Origin: a phage
Strand: one strand, 5' to 3'
Length of the DNA stretch: 64,000 nt
Sequence record: PZ154896.1
Below the pieces are notes generated by a model. The model was given only the letters and a program-made list of their open reading frames with translations. It had not been told where the DNA came from and searched no databases. The position numbers were made by a program, and so were the translations under genes. Position 1 is the first letter of the stretch, and each line of letters opens with the position of its first letter. Shown piece after piece: positions 55,422 through 63,769 of this stretch.

Positions 55422-55451
55422 ATTATACTCCAACCATCCTTGGTTGTACAT
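55422..55451 (-). promoter_or_regulatory. Early promoter cassette (ATGTAC, 18 nt, TATAAT)
   Basis: Sequence pattern. Confidence 0.5.
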
Positions 55452-56446
55452 CATTCCTTAAGAAGTTTTACTACTTGAATAAGATTAGCTCGTTCTGTTT
55501 TATTTTTACTGTTTAAGCCTGCTAATCGTGAGATTTCATCATCAGTCTGTTGAATAGTTACATTAAGTTCGTTAATCAAAGCTTCAAAGTATTTGATTTG
55601 CTCAGCATGTTTTGATTCAAATTTCTGAACCGGAATAACGTCTTGGTTTAGTTCATCAATAAGGTCTTTAAGAGCATCTTCTTGGTTGATATCATATTCA
55701 ACTTCTTTTATTTCTTCAACGAGCTCGTCTTTATATCTAACGTCTTTTAGTCCTGGTGCTGGTCCTGAAATCTCTTCTTTAAGAGTACAAACATATCCAA
55801 TACGGTATCCAATGCCGTCTCGCTTGATATCAACTTCGTCAATAAATCCACAATGTTTAAGACCAGAGCCGATTAGGTCAAAATATCCTTGACGTCGTCC
55901 TTCAAACGTTACACGAACTACTAAGACAGTTTTACCTGCAACCTTTTGAAGCTCACATTTATAAAAGTCTGTTGAACCTGAATAACGTGGATGAGTTTTA
56001 AAGTTCATCTGACGATCTAGGCCCATTTGTAAACGTGCTGATACAGCCAGAAAACGTGTTTGGTTCTCGTTAAGATGAGCAACAATCCATTTCAAAGGCA
56101 TTTTACACTGTTCACGACCGAACAAATCAGTACGTCCTAGATTACGCAGGATGTTGTTAGAGTTAATCATCGACAGAACGTTAAGTTTATTCAGCGCGCT
56201 GAAGATTCCATCGGCCATTGATTTTCCGTAACCTTTACACGCTTTAATAAGCGCTCGCGGTAGATTAGTATAGATTTCAGACGGCATATGAAAATCAAAT
56301 TTACTAGTCAGTAATTGATGAACTTGGATAGCAATTTGCTCATAATTAAGTGCTCTGCGATCATTATGGTCTTTAAACCACACTTTAATCTGTGAAGCAC
56401 ATAAACCGTTAATTTCATGTTTTACCGCATCAGATGTAATGCTCAT
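55451..56446 (-). CDS. Hypothetical protein (331 aa) with C-terminal coiled coil
   Basis: ORF track. Confidence 0.55.
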   Translation of the reverse strand: MSITSDAVKHEINGLCASQIKVWFKDHNDRRALNYEQIAIQVHQLLTSKFDFHMPSEIYTNLPRALIKACKGYGKSMADGIFSALNKLNVLSMINSNNILRNLGRTDLFGREQCKMPLKWIVAHLNENQTRFLAVSARLQMGLDRQMNFKTHPRYSGSTDFYKCELQKVAGKTVLVVRVTFEGRRQGYFDLIGSGLKHCGFIDEVDIKRDGIGYRIGYVCTLKEEISGPAPGLKDVRYKDELVEEIKEVEYDINQEDALKDLIDELNQDVIPVQKFESKHAEQIKYFEALINELNVTIQQTDDEISRLAGLNSKNKTERANLIQVVKLLKE

Positions 56447-56508
56447 AACTATTTCCTCAGATTGAATTGGAACTCAAAACCATTATAACCCGTCCTTGGG
56501 TAAAGCGT

Positions 56509-57036
56509 TTATGCGTGAACCGTCTTTAAACGTTCTTCAAATTTACGAAGAGTACTAATACGTTCTGATTTCTGTTTTGTATAGTTTGCAATACGTTCTG
56601 AAGTGAGAGCGTATCGTTCGTTTACTGTTTCTTTCATGAAGTCAGGGATTTCACGAGAAGCTTTAATTTCATCAAACTTATCGAGTACTGCCTGGTCTTC
56701 AGCGATTAAATTTTCGTACATCTCGATATCTTTCTTGATAAACTCGATATCTTCCTGGGTTACTTTGGATAAACGAGATGCTTTATCCTTTTTGTACTGC
56801 TCGTTAGTTTCACGAGACCAGAATAATGTACGTTTTTTGTTAGTGTTTTTGTAGACTTCCACAATTCCAACTGAATCGATGATAGCAATCCAATTCCAGC
56901 GAGATTTGAAAATCTGACCTCCGTCCACGGTAATCTCGTTACCATAAGCAACGTCATTAAAGAACTTGCTTTGTGCTTCAGATTTAAATTTACCGTCGTT
57001 ATAATTTACCAGGTTGAAAATATCTTTAGCGTTCAT
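56509..57036 (-). CDS. Hypothetical protein (175 aa)
   Basis: ORF track. Confidence 0.5.
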   Translation of the reverse strand: MNAKDIFNLVNYNDGKFKSEAQSKFFNDVAYGNEITVDGGQIFKSRWNWIAIIDSVGIVEVYKNTNKKRTLFWSRETNEQYKKDKASRLSKVTQEDIEFIKKDIEMYENLIAEDQAVLDKFDEIKASREIPDFMKETVNERYALTSERIANYTKQKSERISTLRKFEERLKTVHA

Positions 57037-57063
57037 GTTTTACCTCCAGTAGTTGATAGGTCT

Positions 57064-57092
57064 ATAATAACACAACCATAGACCTTGTAAAC
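57064..57092 (-). promoter_or_regulatory. Early promoter cassette (GTTTAC, 17 nt, TATTAT; hairpin ggtctat/atagacc)
   Basis: Sequence pattern. Confidence 0.5.
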
Positions 57093-57094
57093 AA

Positions 57095-57382
57095 CTAAAA
57101 GAAACTTTTTTCGGTATTTTTTCCACTGAACCAAACCGATTTCGGAATTTTCTGTAATTTTTCAGATTTAAGTTTCTCTTCCTGTTCTTTCTTATATGCA
57201 TCCTTGTCGTACTGGAACAACTCTAGGGCATTCTTTTGTAGACGGTCTAAGGTAATTAAGGCTTTAGTTTTTCCTTTCAAGGAAGAGTCCTGGCGAACCT
57301 CCTCGCTATATTGCATCGTAGAACTAACCATACGATGAGCATACAGTTCTACTGCTGCTTTAATTTTTTGCATAAAATCCAT
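57095..57382 (-). CDS. Hypothetical protein (95 aa)
   Basis: ORF track. Confidence 0.5.
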   Translation of the reverse strand: MDFMQKIKAAVELYAHRMVSSTMQYSEEVRQDSSLKGKTKALITLDRLQKNALELFQYDKDAYKKEQEEKLKSEKLQKIPKSVWFSGKNTEKSFF

Positions 57383-57520
57383 AACATATCCTCTTTGATT
57401 TGTACAACATTATTTTTAAATAGTTCTATGCCCTCAGTAGGTTCCTGGTGTCCTTCTTTGAGGTAAGCCATATGATTATTCATCTTTATGGCTTTTGTTA
57501 CCTCAGAACTTCCTATAAGC

Positions 57521-58501
57521 TTATTTCAGTAAAGTTACTTCAGAGATTTCCTCCCAACCATCTTTATCAGTTGAAATAAAATCTGCTACATAAAGAGCCG
57601 TACGTAATGATACATTGCGAAGACGAGATACGTTAGCCTTCATCCAGGACAATGCTTTATACGTTTCTGCATCTGTCAGACCACGTTTCTGCATCATGTC
57701 AGTAGATAATATTACGTCTTCAACTCGAACCATAATCTCTTCATTAGAGTGTACTCCAAGGTCGAGATACACTGAACGAGATACTAAAGCTTGAAGGTGT
57801 GGGGCAAGTTTCGAACCGCGTTCTAACTCTTTATCGATATCAACGTTTGTAATGAAAACGATAGTACCTTCAAACTCAAATTCTTTATCAATACCCTTAT
57901 CATCGAGATAAGATGACGCAGTGCTCCAGCAAACTTTGCGTTTATCTCCAGTATCTAATGCTGCTTTAAGAAGGTTCAAGATGTCCATATCTGAGAATAC
58001 GTCAACGTCGTCGATTAAGAGAACGCTGTCTGCATCACGGTTGAGCCAAAGTTGTTCGTAAAGGCCGATACCAGAGATTTTACCATTAATGCTTTTATAT
58101 TTGATGAAACCGTTATCATTAGCATTATTAAGTGCTTTATCCAGAGAATACGTCTTACCAATACCAGCTGCACCTGAAATAATGAGTGAACGAATTTTAC
58201 CATCGATAATGCCATTCGTCATCATGTTCATTACTTTAAAGCGTTTGTTGATACGAGTTTTCATATCTTCAGTGCTTTCAACGACTGCAACCGGTGACGT
58301 CTCAACTCCTTCCATTACGATGTCTGATTTGAAGACCCATACTCCACGTTCAGAACCATCAATCATAACGAAAATTTTACCATCACCTAAGTGGGAACAT
58401 TCAGGATTAAGCTTTGCTGGGAACCATGTCTTTGTGGCAACATAAGAACCAGAGATTTCGTTATTACGATAGATACCTTTTTTGATTTGAACGTTGAACA
58501 T
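57521..58501 (-). CDS. P-loop NTPase (AAA-like), function unknown
   Basis: Walker A ISGAAGIGKT, Walker B VLLIDDVD; start moved to MFNVQIK where a GGAG RBS exists. Confidence 0.55.
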   Translation of the reverse strand: MFNVQIKKGIYRNNEISGSYVATKTWFPAKLNPECSHLGDGKIFVMIDGSERGVWVFKSDIVMEGVETSPVAVVESTEDMKTRINKRFKVMNMMTNGIIDGKIRSLIISGAAGIGKTYSLDKALNNANDNGFIKYKSINGKISGIGLYEQLWLNRDADSVLLIDDVDVFSDMDILNLLKAALDTGDKRKVCWSTASSYLDDKGIDKEFEFEGTIVFITNVDIDKELERGSKLAPHLQALVSRSVYLDLGVHSNEEIMVRVEDVILSTDMMQKRGLTDAETYKALSWMKANVSRLRNVSLRTALYVADFISTDKDGWEEISEVTLLK

Positions 58502-58539
58502 TTTATTCTCCAATTTACTCATTTCGTTTCGATAGGTCT

Positions 58540-58568
58540 ATAATAACATGTTTAAAGCAAAAGTAAAC
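58540..58568 (-). promoter_or_regulatory. Early promoter cassette (GTTTAC, 17 nt, TATTAT; gataggtctataataacatg core; RBS aaattggagaa as at motA)
   Basis: Sequence pattern. Confidence 0.5.
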
Positions 58569-58570
58569 AA

Positions 58571-58789
58571 TTATTTGAGACGAGATTTTTTGGTAAGAGG
58601 TTGAAAGAACACTGCTTTACCGGCTGGGGTTAAGGTGACTCGTAATGCATTACCGATTCCTAAGGATGCTTTAACTAAACCTTTAGCTTTCAGTTCACCG
58701 AATGCTTGACGTTGGTCTGCATCACGAGTGTTAACCATAAGACCTTTATCACCTGCTTCACGAATCATTTCTAACATTTTGGTTTTCAT
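58571..58789 (-). CDS. Hypothetical protein (~72 aa)
   Basis: ORF track trimmed to MKTKMLEM with GAGGAGAA RBS. Confidence 0.45.
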   Translation of the reverse strand: MKTKMLEMIREAGDKGLMVNTRDADQRQAFGELKAKGLVKASLGIGNALRVTLTPAGKAVFFQPLTKKSRLK

Positions 58790-58817
58790 TTTGTTCTCCT
58801 CTTGTTTTGATAGGTCT

Positions 58818-58846
58818 ATAATAACATATCCTAAAAGCATGTACAC
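58818..58846 (-). promoter_or_regulatory. Early promoter cassette (GTGTAC, 17 nt, TATTAT)
   Basis: Sequence pattern. Confidence 0.5.
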
Positions 58847-58876
58847 TACTTTTTAAAAATATTTTAACCCCCTAAA

Positions 58877-58892
58877 GGGACCCGAAGGTCCC
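58877..58892 (-). terminator. Hairpin gggacc-cgaa-ggtccc after the secreted-protein gene (weak T-run)
   Basis: Seen in sequence. Confidence 0.35.
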
Positions 58893-58897
58893 CACAT

Positions 58898-59179
58898 TTA
58901 CTTATCGCACTTAGCAACATAATTAGGCATATCACAGAATACGGAGCGAGTAACTACTCGGCCCTTTGACCATGCTTCAGTTGCTTGTCCGGCTGTGCTA
59001 TTAATATAGCTTGATCTAATGTTCTCAATACCCTGAGAATGTGATGCGTTTACCGAACCATTAGAAGACCCAGAAGTCTGGTTACCACCAGCTCCTGTAC
59101 TACCGCTGGCTGCACCCGTGGTAGCACCAACAGAGAATGCCATCATTACTGCGAATAAACCAATTACTAATTTTTTCAT
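58898..59179 (-). CDS. Secreted Gly/Ser-rich protein (93 aa) with signal peptide
   Basis: MKKLVIGLFAVMMAFSVGATTGAASG...; late promoter immediately upstream. Confidence 0.55.
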   Translation of the reverse strand: MKKLVIGLFAVMMAFSVGATTGAASGSTGAGGNQTSGSSNGSVNASHSQGIENIRSSYINSTAGQATEAWSKGRVVTRSVFCDMPNYVAKCDK

Positions 59180-59210
59180 ATTTACCTCAAGTTAATGGTT
59201 ATTTATCTAC

Positions 59211-60200
59211 TTATTTATAGTAAGAATTATGATTTTCGAGATAGACTTGTTCAAGGAAGTCATCCCAGAAACTCATATCTACTTTTTGTTGCATACCGTT
59301 CTTGGCAGCTTGTTCTGACGCATGTTCAACTTGGTCAACGATATCTTCTAGGAATTCTTGTACAGTTTTAAACGTATGTTTACCAAGCTTAACATCGAGA
59401 ATAAATGGAGCATCCTGAAGTGGGTAAACCAGGTCGCCTGTTTTGTAAATTTCCAATAATTGAAGTCCACCACGACATGCATGACTCAATGCTTTCCAGT
59501 CAATACCTTCGTTAGCTTCTGCCTTACGAGCACGTTCACCATAGTTCTCTTCTAGTTTAACCAGGATGGCATTGAACTCTTTATTGGTTAATGTGTCTTG
59601 GAATTTACGGTCCAACAGATTATAGAATGTTTGCTTACCTGTTTTCTCGTTTTCGGTTTCAACCCATGAAGCAAATTCACCTACAGGCAGAACATTCTTC
59701 ATATGGGATAAACGAATTACTGCACCATTATCAAAGTATTGTCCCCATTCATTAGAACGTTTAAGGGCTTGACGAAGAACAGCCAGTCGAGAACCCTTGA
59801 CACCGTATTTAGAAGCTTGCTTACGGACATACCCTAAATAAGATTTCATGTTAGTGGTATAGAAACGAGACCTGTTATCTTGAATATACTTCCATACATC
59901 AGGCAAATCAGATTTAACTACTAAACTTGGTGGAGTGTGAAGCATATCTAATGCGACGGTTTCACCATCCGCAGCTAGTTTAAAGAAATATTTGAGACTA
60001 TACAACTCATGGTCCACGTCGTCTTTTGTGTTCTTAGAAGATGTGTTATTCGTGTTTTTGCTCATATGTTCTTTAACGTTACCGGTCAAAATATCACGAG
60101 CATGAGGGACATAAATTTCTTTAAAATCAACGTCAGATTCAGGAGTAGACGTTCCATAAAGGTGGCTACCAAAGTAAGCCTTAACAATCGTTTTCATCAT
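59211..60200 (-). CDS. Polymerase-beta-superfamily nucleotidyltransferase (329 aa), function unknown
   Basis: N-terminal AYFGSHLYGTSTPESDVDF (GS...DxD nucleotidyltransferase motif). Confidence 0.55.
   Translation of the reverse strand: MMKTIVKAYFGSHLYGTSTPESDVDFKEIYVPHARDILTGNVKEHMSKNTNNTSSKNTKDDVDHELYSLKYFFKLAADGETVALDMLHTPPSLVVKSDLPDVWKYIQDNRSRFYTTNMKSYLGYVRKQASKYGVKGSRLAVLRQALKRSNEWGQYFDNGAVIRLSHMKNVLPVGEFASWVETENEKTGKQTFYNLLDRKFQDTLTNKEFNAILVKLEENYGERARKAEANEGIDWKALSHACRGGLQLLEIYKTGDLVYPLQDAPFILDVKLGKHTFKTVQEFLEDIVDQVEHASEQAAKNGMQQKVDMSFWDDFLEQVYLENHNSYYK
59212..59219 (-). promoter_or_regulatory. Late promoter TATAAATA
   Basis: Exact consensus ~33 nt upstream of the secreted-protein ATG. 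Confidence 0.5.
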
Positions 60201-60212
60201 TTAGCCTTATAT

Positions 60213-60671
60213 TCAAGAGTAGGACAGATTTTTTTCTTTACGAGCTTTAAGGTATTCACCTATTAATGATTTCTTACGTTCAATAGGCTCAAGTCCATTT
60301 TTAATTCGTTCTTGGTTTTGCGCAATGAGCTCAATTTCTTTATAATATTTTCTGTCGTTATATTTGTCTAACAACCAAGACGGACCAATTACCAACCCGG
60401 TAGCAATAAAAGCCATGACTGCTACCATTAAAATGCCTACACCAATTGAGGCCGGAACTAATGTCCATAGACTGCTAAAAACAAAGAATCTAGTTAAAAT
60501 TTCCTGGCCAATGATTACGACTGCTGCTAAAATCGCAAATCCAATAATTGAAACAGACAATACTGGGATTAACGTTTTCCAAAAATAAGCACACAACGTT
60601 TTCGGGCGATTCCATGTACTATTGAACGCGGCATAAATTTTAAAGTGCCAAGAGTTTTCATTGATAATCAT
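60213..60671 (-). CDS. Multi-pass membrane protein (152 aa)
   Basis: ORF track; several hydrophobic segments. Confidence 0.5.
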   Translation of the reverse strand: MIINENSWHFKIYAAFNSTWNRPKTLCAYFWKTLIPVLSVSIIGFAILAAVVIIGQEILTRFFVFSSLWTLVPASIGVGILMVAVMAFIATGLVIGPSWLLDKYNDRKYYKEIELIAQNQERIKNGLEPIERKKSLIGEYLKARKEKNLSYS

Positions 60672-60680
60672 AATAATTCC

Positions 60681-61211
60681 TTATTTCAAAGTCGGGATAA
60701 TAGAATCAAGATAAGCTTTAAGAGCAACTGCTTCATCTTTGTCTAATGTAACGATATGTTGACGAAGGTCATCAATTTGACGAATAACTACGACATCACC
60801 ATCTTCATAAGAAGGATTAACGCCTAGGACTGTTGTATAGTCAGGGCGGTCCTGACTTGTAATAAAAGCATTACGGCATTTAGCCCATTGAAGTTTGGCC
60901 TTTTTGGCTGTTTCAGATTCCATGAATTCTTTCACTTTAGCGACGAATGTTTTCCAATTATTAATAGAAAAACATTCGTCTTCAGTTTCGATATTAACCC
61001 CACTATAAAGTCCATGATAAAAACGAACTTGAAGGTCTTCACCAATGTTAATTACAGATGCATGTCCTGGTGGATTGAGTTTCAAAATCTTGTCCAGTTC
61101 CATAGGAAGAATAGTAGCAGCATCATCTTCTTGTGTCAGAACATACACATAACCACGTTTTTCGATACATAAATCACCAAACAACTCGGTTGTTTCAATT
61201 ACAGTTTTCAT
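60681..61211 (-). CDS. Hypothetical protein (~176 aa)
   Basis: ORF track trimmed to ATG MKTVIET. Confidence 0.5.
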   Translation of the reverse strand: MKTVIETTELFGDLCIEKRGYVYVLTQEDDAATILPMELDKILKLNPPGHASVINIGEDLQVRFYHGLYSGVNIETEDECFSINNWKTFVAKVKEFMESETAKKAKLQWAKCRNAFITSQDRPDYTTVLGVNPSYEDGDVVVIRQIDDLRQHIVTLDKDEAVALKAYLDSIIPTLK

Positions 61212-61212
61212 A

Positions 61213-61392
61213 TTATTCACCAATTAAAGTTTCAACAAAATTCACCAAAGCATTCTGGCAAGCATCAACCTGATTTTCATAAAAGTCTTCGTTATCATTT
61301 ACCGCATGATAAGCTACATCATTCAAATCTGAATCGGCTTCACGTAAGTCACGGATAAGGTCCATCAATTTATTAGCTTGTTCACGGGTCAT
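61213..61392 (-). CDS. Small acidic protein (~59 aa)
   Basis: Hand-translated MTREQANKLMDLIRDLREADSDLNDVAYHAVNDNEDFYENQVDACQNALVNFVETLIGE; coupled to neighbours. Confidence 0.35.
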   Translation of the reverse strand: MTREQANKLMDLIRDLREADSDLNDVAYHAVNDNEDFYENQVDACQNALVNFVETLIGE

Positions 61393-61499
61393 TTTACCAT
61401 ACTCGTTTCAATAAGATTCACTATGCCGTTTACCATGTTATAAGTAAACATCGGATAATTGTATTGTACTACAACATAAGCGATAAGCAAAAGTTTCAT
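61389..61499 (-). CDS. Mini-ORF (36 aa, hydrophobic)
   Basis: Hand-translated MKLLLIAYVVVQYNYPMFTYNMVNGIVNLIETSMVK; GGAG RBS; ATGA overlap with next ORF. Confidence 0.25.
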   Translation of the reverse strand: MKLLLIAYVVVQYNYPMFTYNMVNGIVNLIETSMVK

Positions 61500-61527
61500 T
61501 TTGTTCTCCATTTGTTTTGGTAGGATT

Positions 61528-61557
61528 ACTATATCATAGTCCTACCAAGACGTAAAC
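61528..61557 (-). promoter_or_regulatory. Early promoter cassette (GTTTAC, 18 nt, TGaTATAGT; hairpin ggtagga/tcctacc)
   Basis: Sequence pattern. Confidence 0.5.
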
Positions 61558-61763
61558 TACCGATTGTGTTTTAAATGTTGATAAAGTTCTTCAACTTGTT
61601 TAGGGTCCAAAACAATTAAGTCATTTTCTTGGCGAAGATAAATCAATCCCTTATCCCCAGGGCCATTTTTACAAAACATCGCCACCATATCATCGTCTTC
61701 AGCGCTTTCAGGTAAAAGTTCAAGTACACCGTCTTCAGATTTTCCAGTATAATCGTAAAGCAT
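61557..61763 (-). CDS. Hypothetical protein (~68 aa)
   Basis: ORF track trimmed to MLYDYTGK with GAGGAC RBS. Confidence 0.45.
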   Translation of the reverse strand: MLYDYTGKSEDGVLELLPESAEDDDMVAMFCKNGPGDKGLIYLRQENDLIVLDPKQVEELYQHLKHNR

Positions 61764-61770
61764 AATGTCC

Positions 61771-61950
61771 TCACATAATCTCGTTAACATACATTTGCAA
61801 TTCGGTGTGGGCGTCGGCCATCTTTTTCATAGCTCTGTTAATGTCGATGTCTCCATCTTCGCAACCATGAGCATTTTCCCAATCAGATACCGCATTAGCG
61901 TACTCTTCAATCAAAAACATCAACTTAGAAATCTTTTCTTTACGTGTCAT
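61771..61950 (-). CDS. Hypothetical protein (~59 aa)
   Basis: ORF track trimmed to MTRKEKISK with GAGGAGAA RBS. Confidence 0.45.
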   Translation of the reverse strand: MTRKEKISKLMFLIEEYANAVSDWENAHGCEDGDIDINRAMKKMADAHTELQMYVNEIM

Positions 61951-61977
61951 AACGTTCTCCTCTAGTAAGTAAGGACT

Positions 61978-62006
61978 ACTATAACACAACCTGAGGAGAA
62001 GTAAAC
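61978..62006 (-). promoter_or_regulatory. Early promoter (GTTTAC, 17 nt, TATAGT) inside inverted repeat ttctcctc/gaggagaa
   Basis: Sequence pattern. Confidence 0.5.
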
Positions 62007-62016
62007 TGATAGATGC

Positions 62017-62045
62017 CAAAAAGCCCCAACCGTAAGGAAGGGGCT
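62017..62045 (-). terminator. Rho-independent terminator after rI
   Basis: agcccc/ggggct stem preceded by A-run on plus strand. Confidence 0.5.
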
Positions 62046-62051
62046 AGTAAA

Positions 62052-62354
62052 TTAGATAGATGTAGGCTCTAATTTTATTTTCATGAACTCGGCAAATTGT
62101 CTGGCAGTTTTTATGCCTTGTTCATGACATTCAAATGCATCATCACAGGGGCTATTTTTGTAATGCTTTACCATATACTTATAGAATTTTTCAGAATTCT
62201 CGACATTTTGAATTTCAAACAAAGTATATACGTTTTTAATCCCTGATTCCATAAAGTTATCAAAATATGGGTCGGTGTACGCAGTACCAACGATAGGAGT
62301 TGTTGCTGCAAAAAACCCCAGCATCGCCATGACAGCTATCGCTCTTAAGGCCAT
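62052..62354 (-). CDS. rI: Lysis-inhibition antiholin RI
   Basis: 100 aa; MALRAIAVMAMLGFF...DPYFDNFMESGIKNVYTLFE...YKNSPCDDAFEC...MKIKLE resembles T4 RI; adjacent to tk. Confidence 0.7.
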   Translation of the reverse strand: MALRAIAVMAMLGFFAATTPIVGTAYTDPYFDNFMESGIKNVYTLFEIQNVENSEKFYKYMVKHYKNSPCDDAFECHEQGIKTARQFAEFMKIKLEPTSI

Positions 62355-62366
62355 ATAGGCCTCCTG

Positions 62367-62579
62367 TTAATTTTGGCCAGTATTTATTTTTCGCCTTTGG
62401 ACGGCCTTAACATCTGTGAGGTATTTTTCCAGCTTGCGCTTGCGTGTATAATCAGCTTTAGAACCAGTTTGACGGATATCCTCGTTTAAATGAGAAATAG
62501 AATGTCCTAATTCTCTTCGGATTTCATCCAATTGGGTTACAGTAAGATTACGAAGTTGTCTTTCGTTTAATTGCTGCAT
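62367..62579 (-). CDS. Hypothetical basic protein (70 aa), late-promoter driven
   Basis: ORF track; TATAAATA ~25 nt upstream. Confidence 0.5.
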   Translation of the reverse strand: MQQLNERQLRNLTVTQLDEIRRELGHSISHLNEDIRQTGSKADYTRKRKLEKYLTDVKAVQRRKINTGQN

Positions 62580-62603
62580 ATATACCTCTTGGTTAGATAT
62601 TAG

Positions 62604-62611
62604 TATTTATA
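62604..62611 (-). promoter_or_regulatory. Late promoter TATAAATA
   Basis: Exact consensus overlapping tk stop region. Confidence 0.5.
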
Positions 62612-63188
62612 ACAACCCTGTCAAATCGTTCCAATGCTTCCGGCATAATGACACATATCTATCGGTGTCACCAATTTCAATTTGACTGCCATCTGTAATT
62701 GGAAGTCCGTCTTCCGTGACTCTAGCTACCATTGTGGCTTTTTTACCACAATGACAGACACCTTTAAGTTCAACAAGCTTATCGGCAATAGCCATTAATG
62801 CTTGAGAACCTTCAAATAGATTACCTTTAAAATCTGTTCGTAGTCCATATGCCATTACCGGCACATTGTATACGTCAACAATACGACTAAGTTGATACAC
62901 CTTTTCAGTAGTTAAGAACTGAGCTTCGTCAACAAATACACAATGAATATCCTTTTGTGCTGCAGCCCATTTATAGAATTCAAAGATATCCATGTCTTTT
63001 GTAATTATATTGGCGTCCTGACGAATACCAATACGAGAGACTATTTCACCTTTTGAATCGCGAGTATCAATAGCCGGTTTAAGAACTAATACACCCATGC
63101 CACGTTCTTTATAGTTATGGGCGGCAGTCAAAAGAGAAGCAGATTTTCCAGCATTCATTGCTGCATAAGTAAAAATTAAACTCGCCAT
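62607..63188 (-). CDS. tk: Thymidine kinase
   Basis: 193 aa; MASLIFTYAAMNAGKSASLLTAAHNYKERGMGVLVLKPAIDTRD... and C-terminal zinc CHCGKKAT...CRKH. Confidence 0.9.
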   Translation of the reverse strand: MASLIFTYAAMNAGKSASLLTAAHNYKERGMGVLVLKPAIDTRDSKGEIVSRIGIRQDANIITKDMDIFEFYKWAAAQKDIHCVFVDEAQFLTTEKVYQLSRIVDVYNVPVMAYGLRTDFKGNLFEGSQALMAIADKLVELKGVCHCGKKATMVARVTEDGLPITDGSQIEIGDTDRYVSLCRKHWNDLTGLL

Positions 63189-63189
63189 C

Positions 63190-63378
63190 TTAGTCCTTAG
63201 TTAAATTTTCTAAATATGTTTCTAAATCATTTTCAGCTTTATCGATAGATTTTACTAATTCGTAGTATGTTTCAGCATCTCCATAATCCGAAGCCAATTC
63301 AAAAGATAAATCTCGTTCTAAACTAATAATTTCGCTGATTAAAAATCGTATTTCATTCTTTTGTTCGCGAGTAATCAT
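63190..63378 (-). CDS. Hypothetical acidic protein (62 aa)
   Basis: ORF track. Confidence 0.45.
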   Translation of the reverse strand: MITREQKNEIRFLISEIISLERDLSFELASDYGDAETYYELVKSIDKAENDLETYLENLTKD

Positions 63379-63581
63379 AAGGAATTTATATAATCAATAA
63401 GTTCTTGTTCTTTATCGTCGAAATCTTTACACAGTTCTTCGTATTCGTCGGTATTAAAAGGACCGCATTCATCGCAAACTTTTTCCAATTCACTATTTTT
63501 ATCCATAACTTCGTGAATAAGAGAAAACAGTCTGTCTTTTTGTTCTTTACTTAAACTCATAACCATGTCACCTTTAAGCAA
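63375..63581 (-). CDS. Hypothetical protein (68 aa)
   Basis: ORF track. Confidence 0.45.
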   Translation of the reverse strand: MLKGDMVMSLSKEQKDRLFSLIHEVMDKNSELEKVCDECGPFNTDEYEELCKDFDDKEQELIDYINSL

Positions 63582-63769
63582 TATTCTTCTACATGTTGTT
63601 TACGGCCTTTCTTATCGATAAAAGTATATTCAACGAATGTTCCGATGTAGTCTTTATCTACATCATGTGGACTATTAATTGGGCATTTGGTACGACAAAT
63701 GCGTTCCCATTGACGAATAATTACTGCCTTATTCTTTGGGTCATATGGATGTGGATAATGTATATTCAT
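63557..63769 (-). CDS. Hypothetical protein (~70 aa)
   Basis: ORF track trimmed to MNIHYPHPYD; ATG overlaps upstream stop. Confidence 0.45.
   Translation of the reverse strand: MNIHYPHPYDPKNKAVIIRQWERICRTKCPINSPHDVDKDYIGTFVEYTFIDKKGRKQHVEEYCLKVTWL

Noticed and set aside
57383-57520. Imperfect inverted repeats (gaggtaagccata / tatggcttttgttacctc) downstream of the P-loop NTPase gene
   Set aside because: Stem is imperfect and not followed by a U-tract; no clear function assignable from sequence.
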